The notes under the pieces: generated by a model
Told to the model about the DNA's origin: nothing
Database searches by the model: none
Seen by the model: only the letters and a program-made list of their open reading frames with translations
Position numbers and translations under genes: made by a program
From: Minisyncoccota bacterium
GTDB taxonomy: Bacteria > Patescibacteriota > Minisyncoccia > Phycocordibacterales > UBA9973
DNA length: 64,000 nt
Assembly (NCBI GenBank): GCA_018062065.1
Contig: JAGOSX010000001.1
Coordinates: 31,070 to 95,069, forward strand
Direction: 5' to 3'
Part shown: positions 16,759-26,088 of the stretch, in pieces
Layout of the letters: every line of letters starts with the position of its first letter
Numbering within the stretch: position 1 is the first letter of the stretch

Positions 16759-19289
16759 AGTCCAACTCTAAAATTAGCAATTACTTCTTTAGAATTATAA
16801 ACACTATCATATATATTTAACCTAAGTTCGTTTTCATCCTTAAGGTTTTCTAAGCTTTCAGGTGTGAAACTGTAATTAAAAGGAGGCTCTAAGGTTCCAA
16901 CAAAAGAACCATTAATAAAAACATCCATTTTAATTATAGGATACAAACTATTTGTTTCTGTTTTAATACTTATGATTTCATTACTACTGTATAGTTTATC
17001 GTTTCTAGGCTCTATAATGCTCACTGTGGGTTTGTAATTGCCGTGTATGTTGTCATACTCATTTGGTATTTCATTTATTGAGGTTTGGTCATATTTTTGA
17101 TAATTTTTAGCCCACCAGTCTTGGATAGGAGTATTCCAATTTATAAACACTCTAGAATTTTCTATGTTGCTTGGTTTTGGCCCTAAAATATTATTTCTAT
17201 CAACCCAATACAAGATTGATTTTACGTTAGTTATAGTTTTTTCTACTTTTGTTTGTTCTGGAGTAAATTCTGTTGCTAGCTTTCCTGTTACTGAATCAAT
17301 AATATAACTCTCATTTCCCCACCAAATACCTCTTAGTATTGGTTTTATATTTTTGTCGTAAGGGATAGGTTCTTCAAAGGTTTCGCTAGAAACTAAAGGT
17401 AATGCATGTCTCATAAATCCGTTCCAAATAGGTCCAGCTAAAGCCGAACCTCCTTTTTTCATAGGTTTATTGTCATTATTTCCAGCCCATACTCCTACTA
17501 CTAAAGATGGAGTATACCCAACAGTCCACGCGTCTTTGTTGTTATTTGTAGTACCTGTTTTAACTGCAACTTTATATCCAGGAACTTCTAAAGCTGAACC
17601 AACTCCGAAAGTAGGCACTCTCGCCACATTGTCAGACATAATAGAAGAAATCGTTAATGCTGTGTTTTTAGGCAAGACACTTATTTCTTTTTGATTATAT
17701 TTTTCTAAACTTTCCCCGTCTTTATCAAATACTTCTAAAATTCCGGTTTGCTTGTTTTTAATTCCACTATTTGCAAATACTCCATACGCAGAAGTTATAT
17801 CAAGCAAACTTACCTCACCACCCCCAATAACTAAAGTTAATCCGTAGCGATTAATATCTCCTAGAGAACTTATGCCCATATCTTCAGCTGTTTTTAGTGA
17901 GTCTCTAAGTCCTGAAAGGTAAAACAACTTAATAGCTGGAATGTTTATTGATTGAGCTAGAGCATTTCTTAAGCTTATTGGTCCTCTAAAATTTCCGTCG
18001 TAGTTTTGAGGACTGTAACAATTACTTTGACTACCAGTTATTGCTCTACCGTAAGCGTCACAAGTTGTTTGAAATTCTGTTGGTAAATCAAAAAGCACAG
18101 TATCAGCAGTAAATCCTTTATTAAAAGCCGTAGCGTAAATAAAAGGTTTAAAAGAAGAACCTGGTTGTCTTAATGCTGTAGCTACATTAAAGTTTCCATC
18201 TATATCTTTATCAAAATAATCTCTTGACCCCACCATAGAAAGTATTTGTCCTGTTTTCGGATCTATCGCTACTAACGCAGCGTTTTTACCATTCCACGCT
18301 TTTTCGTTCTTTAAAGCCTCAGTTTTAACTATCTCTTCAGCTTTCTCTTGCATCTTCCAGTCCAAAGTAGTTATAACTTTTAAGCCTCCCTTTTCAACTA
18401 CATCTTTACCATATTTTTCTTCCAAATACTCTTTAATATAAAATACAAAATGCGGAGCTTTGATATTGCTTATATTTTGCTTTTGAAATTCTACTACTTC
18501 TAGTTTTGCTGTTTCGTATTCTTCTTTGGTTATAAAATTAGCATTATACATTTGGTATAAAACTAAATTTTTTCTTTCCTCTAGCTTGTCTAAATTTTTT
18601 CCAAAAGGAGAAAGCTTAGTAGGGGATTGAGGTATTGCTGCTAAATACGCAGCTTCGGCAACAGTTAGATCTATAGCTTTCTTGTTGAAATAAGTCTTAG
18701 CAGCTTCTTCTACTCCGTAAACAGTTCCCCCATAAGGAACTTCATTTAAATAAAGTTCAAAGATTTCGTCTTTAGTTAAAGCATTTTCGATTTTGACTGC
18801 TAAAATCCATTCTTTTACTTTACGAATAATACTTCTTTTTGAAGTTAGCAAAGTGTTTTTTATTAATTGTTGAGTGATAGTTGAACCTCCTCCTCCAATA
18901 CCGATATTAAATACATTTGAAAAAACAGCACGCACAGTAGAACTAACTCTAACCCCAGAGTGATTATAAAATTCTCTATCTTCAATAGCTAAAGTGGCAT
19001 TTTTAATATTAGTTCCCATTTCTTCAAAAGAGATATTGGTTCTTTTGATGTCTTGGTGAACATTATAAAGCAAAACTTCTCCAGTTCGATCGTAAATTTT
19101 AGTTGAGTTTATAATTAATCTTTCTTCAAAATCATTAAAATCAGGAATTTTTAAAGTAGCTATCCAAAATATAACTACTGAAATACAAATAAGACCAAAA
19201 CCAACTAGGAATAAAAAGGCTTCGTGCCAAAAGCTTTGTTTTTTATGTTTACGAACTAAATTTTTTATTTTTTTTAACCACTTTTTCAT
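16755..19289 (-). CDS. Class A penicillin-binding protein (PBP1A-type: glycosyltransferase GT51 + transpeptidase) with a C-terminal extension
   Basis: 844 aa. The GT51 motifs are EDREFYNHSGV and GGSTITQQL. The transpeptidase motifs are SSFKPF (SxxK), SxN and KTGTT. An N-terminal TM anchor is present. Confidence 0.9.
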   Translation of the reverse strand: MKKWLKKIKNLVRKHKKQSFWHEAFLFLVGFGLICISVVIFWIATLKIPDFNDFEERLIINSTKIYDRTGEVLLYNVHQDIKRTNISFEEMGTNIKNATLAIEDREFYNHSGVRVSSTVRAVFSNVFNIGIGGGGSTITQQLIKNTLLTSKRSIIRKVKEWILAVKIENALTKDEIFELYLNEVPYGGTVYGVEEAAKTYFNKKAIDLTVAEAAYLAAIPQSPTKLSPFGKNLDKLEERKNLVLYQMYNANFITKEEYETAKLEVVEFQKQNISNIKAPHFVFYIKEYLEEKYGKDVVEKGGLKVITTLDWKMQEKAEEIVKTEALKNEKAWNGKNAALVAIDPKTGQILSMVGSRDYFDKDIDGNFNVATALRQPGSSFKPFIYATAFNKGFTADTVLFDLPTEFQTTCDAYGRAITGSQSNCYSPQNYDGNFRGPISLRNALAQSINIPAIKLFYLSGLRDSLKTAEDMGISSLGDINRYGLTLVIGGGEVSLLDITSAYGVFANSGIKNKQTGILEVFDKDGESLEKYNQKEISVLPKNTALTISSIMSDNVARVPTFGVGSALEVPGYKVAVKTGTTNNNKDAWTVGYTPSLVVGVWAGNNDNKPMKKGGSALAGPIWNGFMRHALPLVSSETFEEPIPYDKNIKPILRGIWWGNESYIIDSVTGKLATEFTPEQTKVEKTITNVKSILYWVDRNNILGPKPSNIENSRVFINWNTPIQDWWAKNYQKYDQTSINEIPNEYDNIHGNYKPTVSIIEPRNDKLYSSNEIISIKTETNSLYPIIKMDVFINGSFVGTLEPPFNYSFTPESLENLKDENELRLNIYDSVYNSKEVIANFRVGL

Positions 19290-19327
19290 TTATTCATTAT
19301 ATCAATAAATATGTTATAATTCGACTT

Positions 19328-20500
19328 ATGAAGGTGATAATAGATCAAAATAAAGTACAACACTTATTAAGTAAAGGTGTAGAGAATATATTTGTAAAAG
19401 AATCTTTAAAGAATAAACTTCTTTCTGGTAAAAGGCTAAAGGTTTATCTCGGGATTGATCCAACCGGACCAACTCTGCATATGGGTCATACCATACCGAT
19501 GATGAAATTAAAAGAATTTCAAGATTTAGGTCACCAAGTAATACTTTTGATGGGGGACTTTACGGCAATGATAGGAGATCCTACCGACAAAGCTTCTGTG
19601 CGTAAACAATTAACTCACAAGCAGGTCTTAACTAATTTAAAAAATTACAAAAAACAAGCTTCAAAGTTTTTAAATTTTGGAGGAAAAAACCCAGCTTTAA
19701 TTAAATTTAATTCTAAATGGTTAATGAAAATGAATTTTGCTGAAGTTTTAGAATTGTCTTCTAAGATTACAGTTGATCAAATGCTTAAGAGAGATATGTT
19801 TGTTCGTCGTCATGAAGAAGGTAAGCCTATTTTTGGTCACGAATTTTTTTATCCTTTAATGCAAGGTTATGATTCTGTGGCTATGGATGTTGATGTTGAG
19901 GTTGGGGGGAACGATCAAACTTTTAACATGTTAGTTGGTAGAGATTTGATGAGTGAAATAAAAAAGAAAGACAAGTCCGTAATTGCGATGAAATTACTTG
20001 CTGATAATACTGGTAAAAAGATGGGAAAAACTGAAGGGAATATGGTTTCTTTCCAAGATTCCCCTGAAGATATGTTTGGTAAAGTTATGAGTTGGAACGA
20101 TTCTTTAATCCAAGTAGGCTTTGAACTTTGTACTTTCTTGGAAGAAAAAGATTTACCAAATTTAAATGATCCTAAAAACGCTAAAATGCAATTAGCTTTT
20201 GAAATTGTGAAAATTTATCACGGAGAGAAAAAAGCAGAATCTGCAAAAGCAGATTGGGTTTCTAAATTTGAGAAAAAAGAAATTCCAGAAGAATTAATTT
20301 CTATTAAAGGAACAGGCTTATTATTAGATATTTTAGTAGAGAACAAATTAATCCTTTCTAAAAATCAAGCTCGCAGACTTTTTGAAGAAGGAGCGATTTT
20401 AGACCTTATTTCTAAAGAAAAAATTAAAGATATAAAATATGAAGTTAAAAAAGGCAATAAATTCAAAATTGGAAAGAAATTATTTATTGAAATAGTTTAA
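19328..20500 (+). CDS. tyrS: Tyrosyl-tRNA synthetase (class I, with a C-terminal S4-like domain)
   Basis: 390 aa. The HIGH-type motif is GIDPTGPTLHMGH and the KMSKS-type motif is KMGKTEGN. The C-terminal domain LSKNQARRLFEEGAI is S4-like. A bacterial TrpRS is less likely. Confidence 0.7.
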   Translation: MKVIIDQNKVQHLLSKGVENIFVKESLKNKLLSGKRLKVYLGIDPTGPTLHMGHTIPMMKLKEFQDLGHQVILLMGDFTAMIGDPTDKASVRKQLTHKQVLTNLKNYKKQASKFLNFGGKNPALIKFNSKWLMKMNFAEVLELSSKITVDQMLKRDMFVRRHEEGKPIFGHEFFYPLMQGYDSVAMDVDVEVGGNDQTFNMLVGRDLMSEIKKKDKSVIAMKLLADNTGKKMGKTEGNMVSFQDSPEDMFGKVMSWNDSLIQVGFELCTFLEEKDLPNLNDPKNAKMQLAFEIVKIYHGEKKAESAKADWVSKFEKKEIPEELISIKGTGLLLDILVENKLILSKNQARRLFEEGAILDLISKEKIKDIKYEVKKGNKFKIGKKLFIEIV

Positions 20501-20503
20501 ATA

Positions 20504-20530
20504 AAAAACCGCTCAATTGAGCGGTTTTTT
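20504..20530 (+). terminator. Rho-independent terminator after tyrS: aaaaaccgctcaattgagcggtttttt
   Basis: A perfect 8-bp GC-containing stem with a 4-nt loop and a T-tract. Confidence 0.7.
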
Positions 20531-20553
20531 ATTATCCTGTCACTTGTGAGCTA

Positions 20554-20721
20554 CTAGTGAAATCTATCTTCAGGATCGTAGTCATCGTCTTCATCAGCGA
20601 TATGCATTCCTTCCATATCATCGCCTAACAAGTCGTCGTCTAGAAGAGGATCAAAATCATCATGGGCACCCCCATAAAAATCAGATCCAGTTGTATCATC
20701 GTCTTTATCAAATTCGTCCAT
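20554..20721 (-). CDS. Candidate small highly acidic protein (55 aa, 24 D/E): MDEFDKDDDTTGSDFYGGAHDDFDPLLDDDLLGDDMEGMHIADEDDDYDPEDRFH
   Basis: Found by hand translation of the minus strand. The ORF track misses it because it is under 60 aa. A perfect DnaA box (TGTGGATAA, 20832-20840) lies ~110 bp upstream in its promoter region. Confidence 0.3.
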   Translation of the reverse strand: MDEFDKDDDTTGSDFYGGAHDDFDPLLDDDLLGDDMEGMHIADEDDDYDPEDRFH

Positions 20722-20840
20722 TTTTATTTTTAAAATTTATTTTTTAAAACGACCTTATAAAAAATTTATTTTTTAACTATTATAGTTTTATCAAAATCTA
20801 AATTCTAAAGCAAATTATTTTTATTAAATATTGTGGATAA

Positions 20841-21326
20841 CTAGATTTTGTTGTAAGCAAAGGCTGTGAGCGCTATCGCAATAGCATCTAATTCGTCATC
20901 AAAACTTTTACTTTTTTCTTTTGGAAGGTTTATTAGTAACCCAACCATTTTGCGAATTTGTTCTTTGTCCGAAGCCCCGTATCCAGTAATACTACTTTTG
21001 ATTTGCGGGGGAGAAGCTTCAAAGATCTTTAAACTATATTTACGAGCAAGATAAATAATTGCTCCGCGAACTTCGGCTACTTGCATTACCGTTTTTTGAT
21101 TAGTGTTTAGGAATAGAGTTTCGATAGAAAGCATATTAGGTTTGTATTCTTTTATAATTTCTTCAATCTTTTCTCCTAAAATAAGTAATCTTTCATTAAA
21201 GTCTAATTTACTACTGGTTTTAAAGCACTCACTATGAAGTAAGACTTCTTTTCTATCTCCTTTATTTTTCTCTAGTATTGCTATACCTAACCTCTCATAC
21301 CCTGGATCTATACCTAGTATTTTCAT
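20841..21326 (-). CDS. ruvC: Holliday junction resolvase RuvC
   Basis: 161 aa. The N-terminus is MKILGIDPGYERLGIAILEK, and catalytic acidic residues are present. Confidence 0.9.
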   Translation of the reverse strand: MKILGIDPGYERLGIAILEKNKGDRKEVLLHSECFKTSSKLDFNERLLILGEKIEEIIKEYKPNMLSIETLFLNTNQKTVMQVAEVRGAIIYLARKYSLKIFEASPPQIKSSITGYGASDKEQIRKMVGLLINLPKEKSKSFDDELDAIAIALTAFAYNKI

Positions 21327-21328
21327 AA

Positions 21329-22330
21329 TTAATTTTCTTTATTTATTTTCTCAAACCCCAAATGGTTGTAAGCTTTGTCCGTAGCGACGCGACCGCGAGT
21401 AGTTTTCTCTATTAAACCGAGTTGGATTAAATAAGGTTCAATAACTTCCTCGATAGTTTCTTCTTCTTCGCCGAGCGCTGCTGCGATAGTTTTGAGTCCA
21501 ACTGGACCGCCAGAAAACTTATCAATTAATATTTCTAAGAATTTACGATCAGAAGCAGTTAAACCGATTTCGTCTATTGCAAGTAAATTTAGTGCATTTT
21601 TAACTGTGTCTTTGTTTAAGTCTTTTTTATAAACTTGAGCATAATCGCGAACTCTTTTTAGAAAATAATTTGCAGTTCTCGGGGTAAAACGACTTCGACG
21701 TGCTATCTCTAGTATAGCTTCGTCTTCTAATTCTGTGCCGAGTAGTTTGCTTGATCTTTTTATGATTTGAGATAATTCGCTTTCATTATAAAATTCAAGT
21801 CGAAATACTCCTCCTCCAAAACGTGAACGAAGAGGGGAGGAAATCATGGATACTCTCGTAGTTGCTGCAATCATAGTAAAAGGAGGAAGCTCAAGTTGTA
21901 TTGAACGAGCTGAAGGACCTTTACCGATTATGATATCGAGTACTCCTGACTCCATAGCAGGGTAGAGGATTTCTTCTACCATTTTATTCAATCTGTGAAT
22001 TTCATCTATGAATAAAATATCTCCAGGTGAAAGGTTAGTAAGTAGTGAAGCGAGATCTCCAACTTTCTCTATTGCTGGGCCGGAAGTGATTTTGATTTGT
22101 TTACCTGTTTCTTTGGCTATCAAATGAGCAAGAGTAGTTTTACCAAGTCCTGGAGGTCCATAAAAAAGTATGTGCTCTGGAGTATGGCCTCGTTCACGAG
22201 CAGCAGTAAGCAAAATATTGATATTATCTTTGATATGATTTTGACCAATATACTCTAAAAAAGTATTTGGGCGCAGTGCTTGGTCTAAAAAAGACTCTTC
22301 TTTATTCTCTTTTATTTCTTTTTCTTGCAT
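21329..22330 (-). CDS. ruvB: Holliday junction branch-migration ATPase RuvB
   Basis: 333 aa. Walker A is GPPGLGKTTLA. The AAA+ core and the RuvB winged-helix C-terminus are present. Confidence 0.95.
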   Translation of the reverse strand: MQEKEIKENKEESFLDQALRPNTFLEYIGQNHIKDNINILLTAARERGHTPEHILFYGPPGLGKTTLAHLIAKETGKQIKITSGPAIEKVGDLASLLTNLSPGDILFIDEIHRLNKMVEEILYPAMESGVLDIIIGKGPSARSIQLELPPFTMIAATTRVSMISSPLRSRFGGGVFRLEFYNESELSQIIKRSSKLLGTELEDEAILEIARRSRFTPRTANYFLKRVRDYAQVYKKDLNKDTVKNALNLLAIDEIGLTASDRKFLEILIDKFSGGPVGLKTIAAALGEEEETIEEVIEPYLIQLGLIEKTTRGRVATDKAYNHLGFEKINKEN

Positions 22331-22365
22331 TATATTTTAATTTTAACATAGATAAGTTAATAAAG

Positions 22366-22391
22366 TCCCCTGATAAGGGGATTTAGGGGTT
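22366..22391 (-). promoter_or_regulatory. Conserved 27-nt leader motif AACCCCTAAATCCCCTTATCAGGGGAC (family B copy 1), sense orientation ~36 nt upstream of the ruvB ATG
   Basis: The same 27-mer recurs exactly at 25247-25273 and 26126-26152, each time in the 5' leader of the downstream gene. It contains the small hairpin CCCCttatcaGGGG. Confidence 0.4.
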
Positions 22392-22424
22392 GCTCTTTAA
22401 TTTTGAACGTAACTTGACTGGGGC

Positions 22425-22453
22425 TTGACATTACATGCATAGTATGCTATACT
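22425..22453 (+). promoter_or_regulatory. Near-consensus sigma70-type promoter TTGACA-17 nt-TATACT (extended -10 TGcTATACT)
   Basis: TTGACA is at 22425-22430, a 17-nt spacer follows, and TATACT is at 22448-22453. No protein-coding ORF lies downstream; a terminator-like palindrome at 22692 is ~240 nt away. Confidence 0.5.
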
Positions 22454-22459
22454 CTAGGA

Positions 22460-22691
22460 AAGTTATATACAGTTTATTCACAGAGCTTTCAACAACTTTT
22501 GTTTACGGTTGTAAAGCGAAATAGTATAATTATTTTAAGAGGGTGTTAATCTCTAAGCAATCAGCCTTAGGTTCTACATTTCTGATTAGGACGACTTGGT
22601 ATATTTTATATTTCTGGGGCTATCCTATGGCGATATGTTACTTTGTGGGCTAAGCTTACAAAGGATTGTTTAGAGATTAATGCTCTTTTTT
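22460..22691 (+). ncRNA. Candidate non-coding RNA of ~230 nt between a consensus promoter and palindromic terminator(s); class unknown
   Basis: No ORF over 20 codons in either strand. The region is bounded by a textbook promoter and a GC-rich palindrome plus T-tract. I did not recognise tmRNA, RNase P, SRP or 6S signature motifs by eye. Confidence 0.25.
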
Positions 22692-22749
22692 CTTGCCCTG
22701 TCAGTCGCGACTGACAGGGCAAGCCCCGTTACTCGGGAGTGACAGGGTT
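22692..22749. repeat. Family A palindrome (perfect: cttgccctgtcagtcgcgactgacagggcaag) followed by a degenerate second copy (ccccgttactcgggagtgacaggg). It is a convergent terminator between the candidate ncRNA and the LOG gene
   Basis: A 32-nt perfect inverted repeat, related to the copies at 1772, 26094, 41725 and 56007 through the shared core cctgtca-CTCGCGAG/GTCGCGAC-tgacagg. Confidence 0.6.
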
Positions 22750-23387
22750 TATTTAAATTTATTATATCTTTTATAATTTAAACAAAAATCTTTACCTCCA
22801 TTTTTAAAATGAGTATGAACGTCGCTAATCATATCTAAAACTTCTTCTTCGTTTTTTGCATGAAAAACTAAATTAAAATCTCTTTCAGTTAAGTAGTCAG
22901 TTTTTAATGGATTTTTCTTTATCCAAGAAAGTAATCCTCCCCATTGTTCCCCCATAAGTATTATTGGGATATTGCAAATATGATGAACTTGCACAAGTTG
23001 CCAAGTATAAAATAATTCAAGCAAAGTTCCTATTCCGCCCGGCGTTACTATTACCGCATTAGATAAAAGCATAAATTCATCTAATCTTCCTGAAAATCTT
23101 CCAAATTCTTGTTTATAGTCTATTGCTTCGTTAAAACCTTGATGCCAAGGTAGTTTTACTCCAACACCAATAGTGCGAACAGTAGCATTTTTCTTGCCTT
23201 GCTTATGCCCAATACTTGCTGCTTCCATAAGACCTTTACCTCCTCCGGTAACTAGGTCGATTTCCATTTTCGCTAATTCTTTCGCTAAATGTTTTACGCT
23301 TTTATAAATTGGATCACTTTTTTTAATTCTTGCACTACCGAATATTGCTACACGGAAAAATTCCGGATTTTGTTTTTGTATCTTCAT
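22749..23387 (-). CDS. LOG-family (TIGR00730) nucleotide 5'-monophosphate nucleosidase-like protein
   Basis: 212 aa. Motifs GGGKGLMEAAS and PGGIGTLLELFYTW match the LOG PGGxGTxxE signature. Confidence 0.75.
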   Translation of the reverse strand: MKIQKQNPEFFRVAIFGSARIKKSDPIYKSVKHLAKELAKMEIDLVTGGGKGLMEAASIGHKQGKKNATVRTIGVGVKLPWHQGFNEAIDYKQEFGRFSGRLDEFMLLSNAVIVTPGGIGTLLELFYTWQLVQVHHICNIPIILMGEQWGGLLSWIKKNPLKTDYLTERDFNLVFHAKNEEEVLDMISDVHTHFKNGGKDFCLNYKRYNKFK

Positions 23388-23408
23388 ATCTTTAAAAATT
23401 ATTTATAA

Positions 23409-25106
23409 TTATTCTTCGTTTAAGTCTACCACGCTCAGCACTTCTTCAAAAGAGGTGATACCGTTTAATATTTTTACTACCCCATCTTCACGCATCGATA
23501 ATATCCCTTGCTTATTTGCGATTTGTTTTATTTCTCTTTCTGAAGGATTATTAGGCATAATACGCTCTATATTCTCATCGGTTTTAATAGCTTCGAATAT
23601 TCCGATGCGTCCTTTGTAACCTGTATTATTACATTCTTCGCAACCTCCTGCTTCGTATAATTTCAAACTCATATTCATATCTAAGTTGTATTTTTTTAAA
23701 TCTTTACCGTTTTCTTGCATCTTTTCGAGAATTACTTTGATTGTATTTGATTCATTTTCTTTAACCACTTTTTCTTTTTTGCATTTATCACAAAGCTTAC
23801 GTACAAGTCTTTGAGCTATTGATAAGGAAAGCGCAGAAGGCATAATTTTAGGATTTACTTCAAGGTCTGAAAGTCTTGGTATTACTCCAGCCGCATTATT
23901 GGTATGGAGTGTTGAGAAAACTAAGTGTCCAGTAAGAGCAGACTGCACGGCAGTTTTAGCAGTTTCACTATCTCTAATTTCTCCAACCATTATTACGTCT
24001 GGGTCTTGGCGGAGAGCAGCTTTAAGTCCTTCTGCAAAACCGTATTCTTTAGCGTCACTAATTTGAGTTTGAGTTATGCCTTTTAATCTATATTCGACTG
24101 GGTCTTCGATAGTTATGATATTGATTTCACTTGAATATATTTTACGCAAGAACGCATAAAGAGTAGTAGTTTTACCAGATCCGGTAGGTCCTGTTACTAG
24201 GATAAGTCCGTTTGGTTTTGCAATTTCTTTTAATACAATATCATAAAGATAAGAATCCATTCCCATATCTTCGATATTGATTTGAATAGATTTTGGATCA
24301 AGTATTCTCATAACAATAGTTTCTCCGTATGATCCTGGTATAAGCGAAGTACGAATACTTATTTCTGATTCATCTTCCATAATTGCAAATCTTCCGTCTT
24401 GGGCTCCGAGAGAAGTTAATTTCATTCCTGAAAGTAATTTAATGCGAGAGTTAAGTAGATGATAAATATTAGTACTAAAGAATTCTATATCTTGGAGTAC
24501 TCCATCTAAACGCAAGCGCAATTTCGCTCCGTTTTCTTCGGGTTTGATATGAATATCAGAAGCATTAATAGCAATAGCTCCTGCAAGGATAATCTCGAGT
24601 AAGCGAGTAATTTTATGAGTCTTACCGCTTTCCATTTCTTCGTTTAAAGCAGTTTTGATATCTTGCATGCGTTTAATATTTTTTGCAGTATCGCGCAAAA
24701 TCTCAGAAGAAATATCAATTCCACCAATTTTAGAATTTTCAGCCATAGAGAGTTCTTTATACCGATCCCAAACTTTCTCTATACTACCAAGTGAAGTCAT
24801 ATAAAATACAGGTTCTAATTCTTTGCGTTTCATGTCTTCAATTAATTCGTTTTTTAATTCTTCGGTCGGAGTACGGAGTGCAATATAGATTTTCTTACCA
24901 ATAATTTTAAAGGGAGCTACTCCGCGCTCGTGTGCATCGCGTTCGTCTATCGCTCGCAAAGCTTCATTATCTATACCTACCCGGTATAGATCAGCGTAGG
25001 GGAGGTTGTACTTTGTTTCGGCTAGCATAGAAACTAAATCTTCTTCTTCTTTTCTCTTAAGATCTGCTAGTTGTTTATTTTGTTTATCTTCATCAAAGTC
25101 GTGCAT
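23409..25106 (-). CDS. pilB: Type IV pilus assembly ATPase PilB/GspE family
   Basis: 565 aa. Walker A is GPTGSGKTTTLYA. The Asp and His boxes and a C-terminal tetra-Cys motif (CDKC...CEEC) are present. Confidence 0.85.
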   Translation of the reverse strand: MHDFDEDKQNKQLADLKRKEEEDLVSMLAETKYNLPYADLYRVGIDNEALRAIDERDAHERGVAPFKIIGKKIYIALRTPTEELKNELIEDMKRKELEPVFYMTSLGSIEKVWDRYKELSMAENSKIGGIDISSEILRDTAKNIKRMQDIKTALNEEMESGKTHKITRLLEIILAGAIAINASDIHIKPEENGAKLRLRLDGVLQDIEFFSTNIYHLLNSRIKLLSGMKLTSLGAQDGRFAIMEDESEISIRTSLIPGSYGETIVMRILDPKSIQINIEDMGMDSYLYDIVLKEIAKPNGLILVTGPTGSGKTTTLYAFLRKIYSSEINIITIEDPVEYRLKGITQTQISDAKEYGFAEGLKAALRQDPDVIMVGEIRDSETAKTAVQSALTGHLVFSTLHTNNAAGVIPRLSDLEVNPKIMPSALSLSIAQRLVRKLCDKCKKEKVVKENESNTIKVILEKMQENGKDLKKYNLDMNMSLKLYEAGGCEECNNTGYKGRIGIFEAIKTDENIERIMPNNPSEREIKQIANKQGILSMREDGVVKILNGITSFEEVLSVVDLNEE

Positions 25107-25145
25107 ATACCCTTAATTATACAGGATTTTTCAGAGCGTAACCCC

Positions 25146-25174
25146 TTGACTTTGTACTCTAAATATGCTATACT
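25146..25174 (+). promoter_or_regulatory. Near-consensus promoter TTGACT-17 nt-TATACT (extended -10 TGcTATACT) driving the 25314 gene
   Basis: TTGACT is at 25146-25151 and TATACT at 25169-25174. The architecture is almost identical to the promoter at 22425. Confidence 0.5.
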
Positions 25175-25246
25175 ATATAGGTAAAGTGTTCTTTGTAAAA
25201 TCTCATTGATTTTTGGTTATGAAAAAAGTTTTGCGTGGAATTTTAG

Positions 25247-25273
25247 AACCCCTAAATCCCCTTATCAGGGGAC
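25247..25273 (+). promoter_or_regulatory. Family B 27-nt leader motif copy 2 (AACCCCTAAATCCCCTTATCAGGGGAC) in the 5' UTR, ~41 nt upstream of the ATG at 25314
   Basis: An exact 27/27 match to copies 1 and 3. It lies downstream of the predicted transcription start, so it should be transcribed. Confidence 0.4.
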
Positions 25274-25313
25274 TTCTATGTAAAACTTTTTTCATAACTC
25301 TAAAACAAAAATC

Positions 25314-26003
25314 ATGAGAAATATTTTCATAACATTAGCAATTTTCTTTTTTTCTTTCACTTCAATCCAAGCTCAGCCTTGGGCAAAAGACGGTATTTTC
25401 ACAGAAGCAGCCAAAAAAGAACTCCATAGAATATGGGGCACAGAAATGGATTTTTCTTCACCAGAAGAAACAGCTCTCGAAGCTGAAAAAATATACAAGA
25501 AAGGAGAATTTCAAATTTTAAAACTTCAAAACTCTGGAGTAAATCAAAACGGTATAAAAAAACTAGCTGTAGGTAGCTACAAAGTAGTTTATTTGGGTAC
25601 CATTAACGCAACAAAACTTGGAGGACCGGCAGGTTACGTTGTTGAAATTTTCTTAAAAAAAGATTGTAAAAATCTTAATTGGGGGGAATTCATTCCTGAA
25701 AAAAAGGAAGAAAAAAAATACCCTCCAAAAGAGGAGAAAAAATTTATTTCTGGAGATATTATTCTTTACCAGTGGTGTGAAGAATACCATTGGGAAGTAA
25801 CCCAACAGGCCACCTGGTGGCTAGCTGAGGTACGGAAAGAGTATCTAAATGCAGGGTACACAGGTGTGACAACCTCTGATCCAGCACTTGCTGGATCAGA
25901 GGAGGTTGTGCAAAATTGTAGTACACGAAAAGTGTACACATATACACACGACCCGGGGCGACGCCCAATAAGAGACCGCGAGGTTTCAAAAATCTGGAGA
26001 TAA
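25314..26003 (+). CDS. Secreted hypothetical protein. The last ~70 codons (from ~25790) lie in a GC-anomalous, hairpin-rich segment whose coding status is doubtful
   Basis: Signal peptide MRNIFITLAIFFFSFTSIQA. The segment 25790-26000 is ~50% GC against a ~30% background. It contains the perfect hairpin ctgatccagca/tgctggatcag and the hairpin gtacac-gaaaa-gtgtac. Confidence 0.4.
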   Translation: MRNIFITLAIFFFSFTSIQAQPWAKDGIFTEAAKKELHRIWGTEMDFSSPEETALEAEKIYKKGEFQILKLQNSGVNQNGIKKLAVGSYKVVYLGTINATKLGGPAGYVVEIFLKKDCKNLNWGEFIPEKKEEKKYPPKEEKKFISGDIILYQWCEEYHWEVTQQATWWLAEVRKEYLNAGYTGVTTSDPALAGSEEVVQNCSTRKVYTYTHDPGRRPIRDREVSKIWR

Positions 26004-26054
26004 AAGCAAACCCCTAGCTTTTATCTAAATAATGGGTTAGGGGTAAATGAAATA

Positions 26055-26088
26055 AAGCCGTGTGAACTTCGAGTTCTACGGCTTTTTT
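26055..26088 (+). terminator. Rho-independent terminator aagccgt-gtgaacttcgagttct-acggctttttt
   Basis: A 7-bp GC-containing stem followed by a T6 tract. Confidence 0.6.

Noticed and set aside
22460-22691. Assigning the candidate ncRNA to tmRNA, RNase P RNA, SRP RNA or 6S RNA
   Set aside because: I could not find the conserved signatures by eye: no tRNA-like 3' end with a tag ORF, no P4 helix consensus, no SRP domain IV GGAA/AGCA loop. It is left as an unclassified candidate.
25759-25989. 76-aa minus-strand ORF inside the GC-rich patch
   Set aside because: Open frames are expected by chance in GC-rich sequence within an AT-rich genome. It has no start context or conservation.
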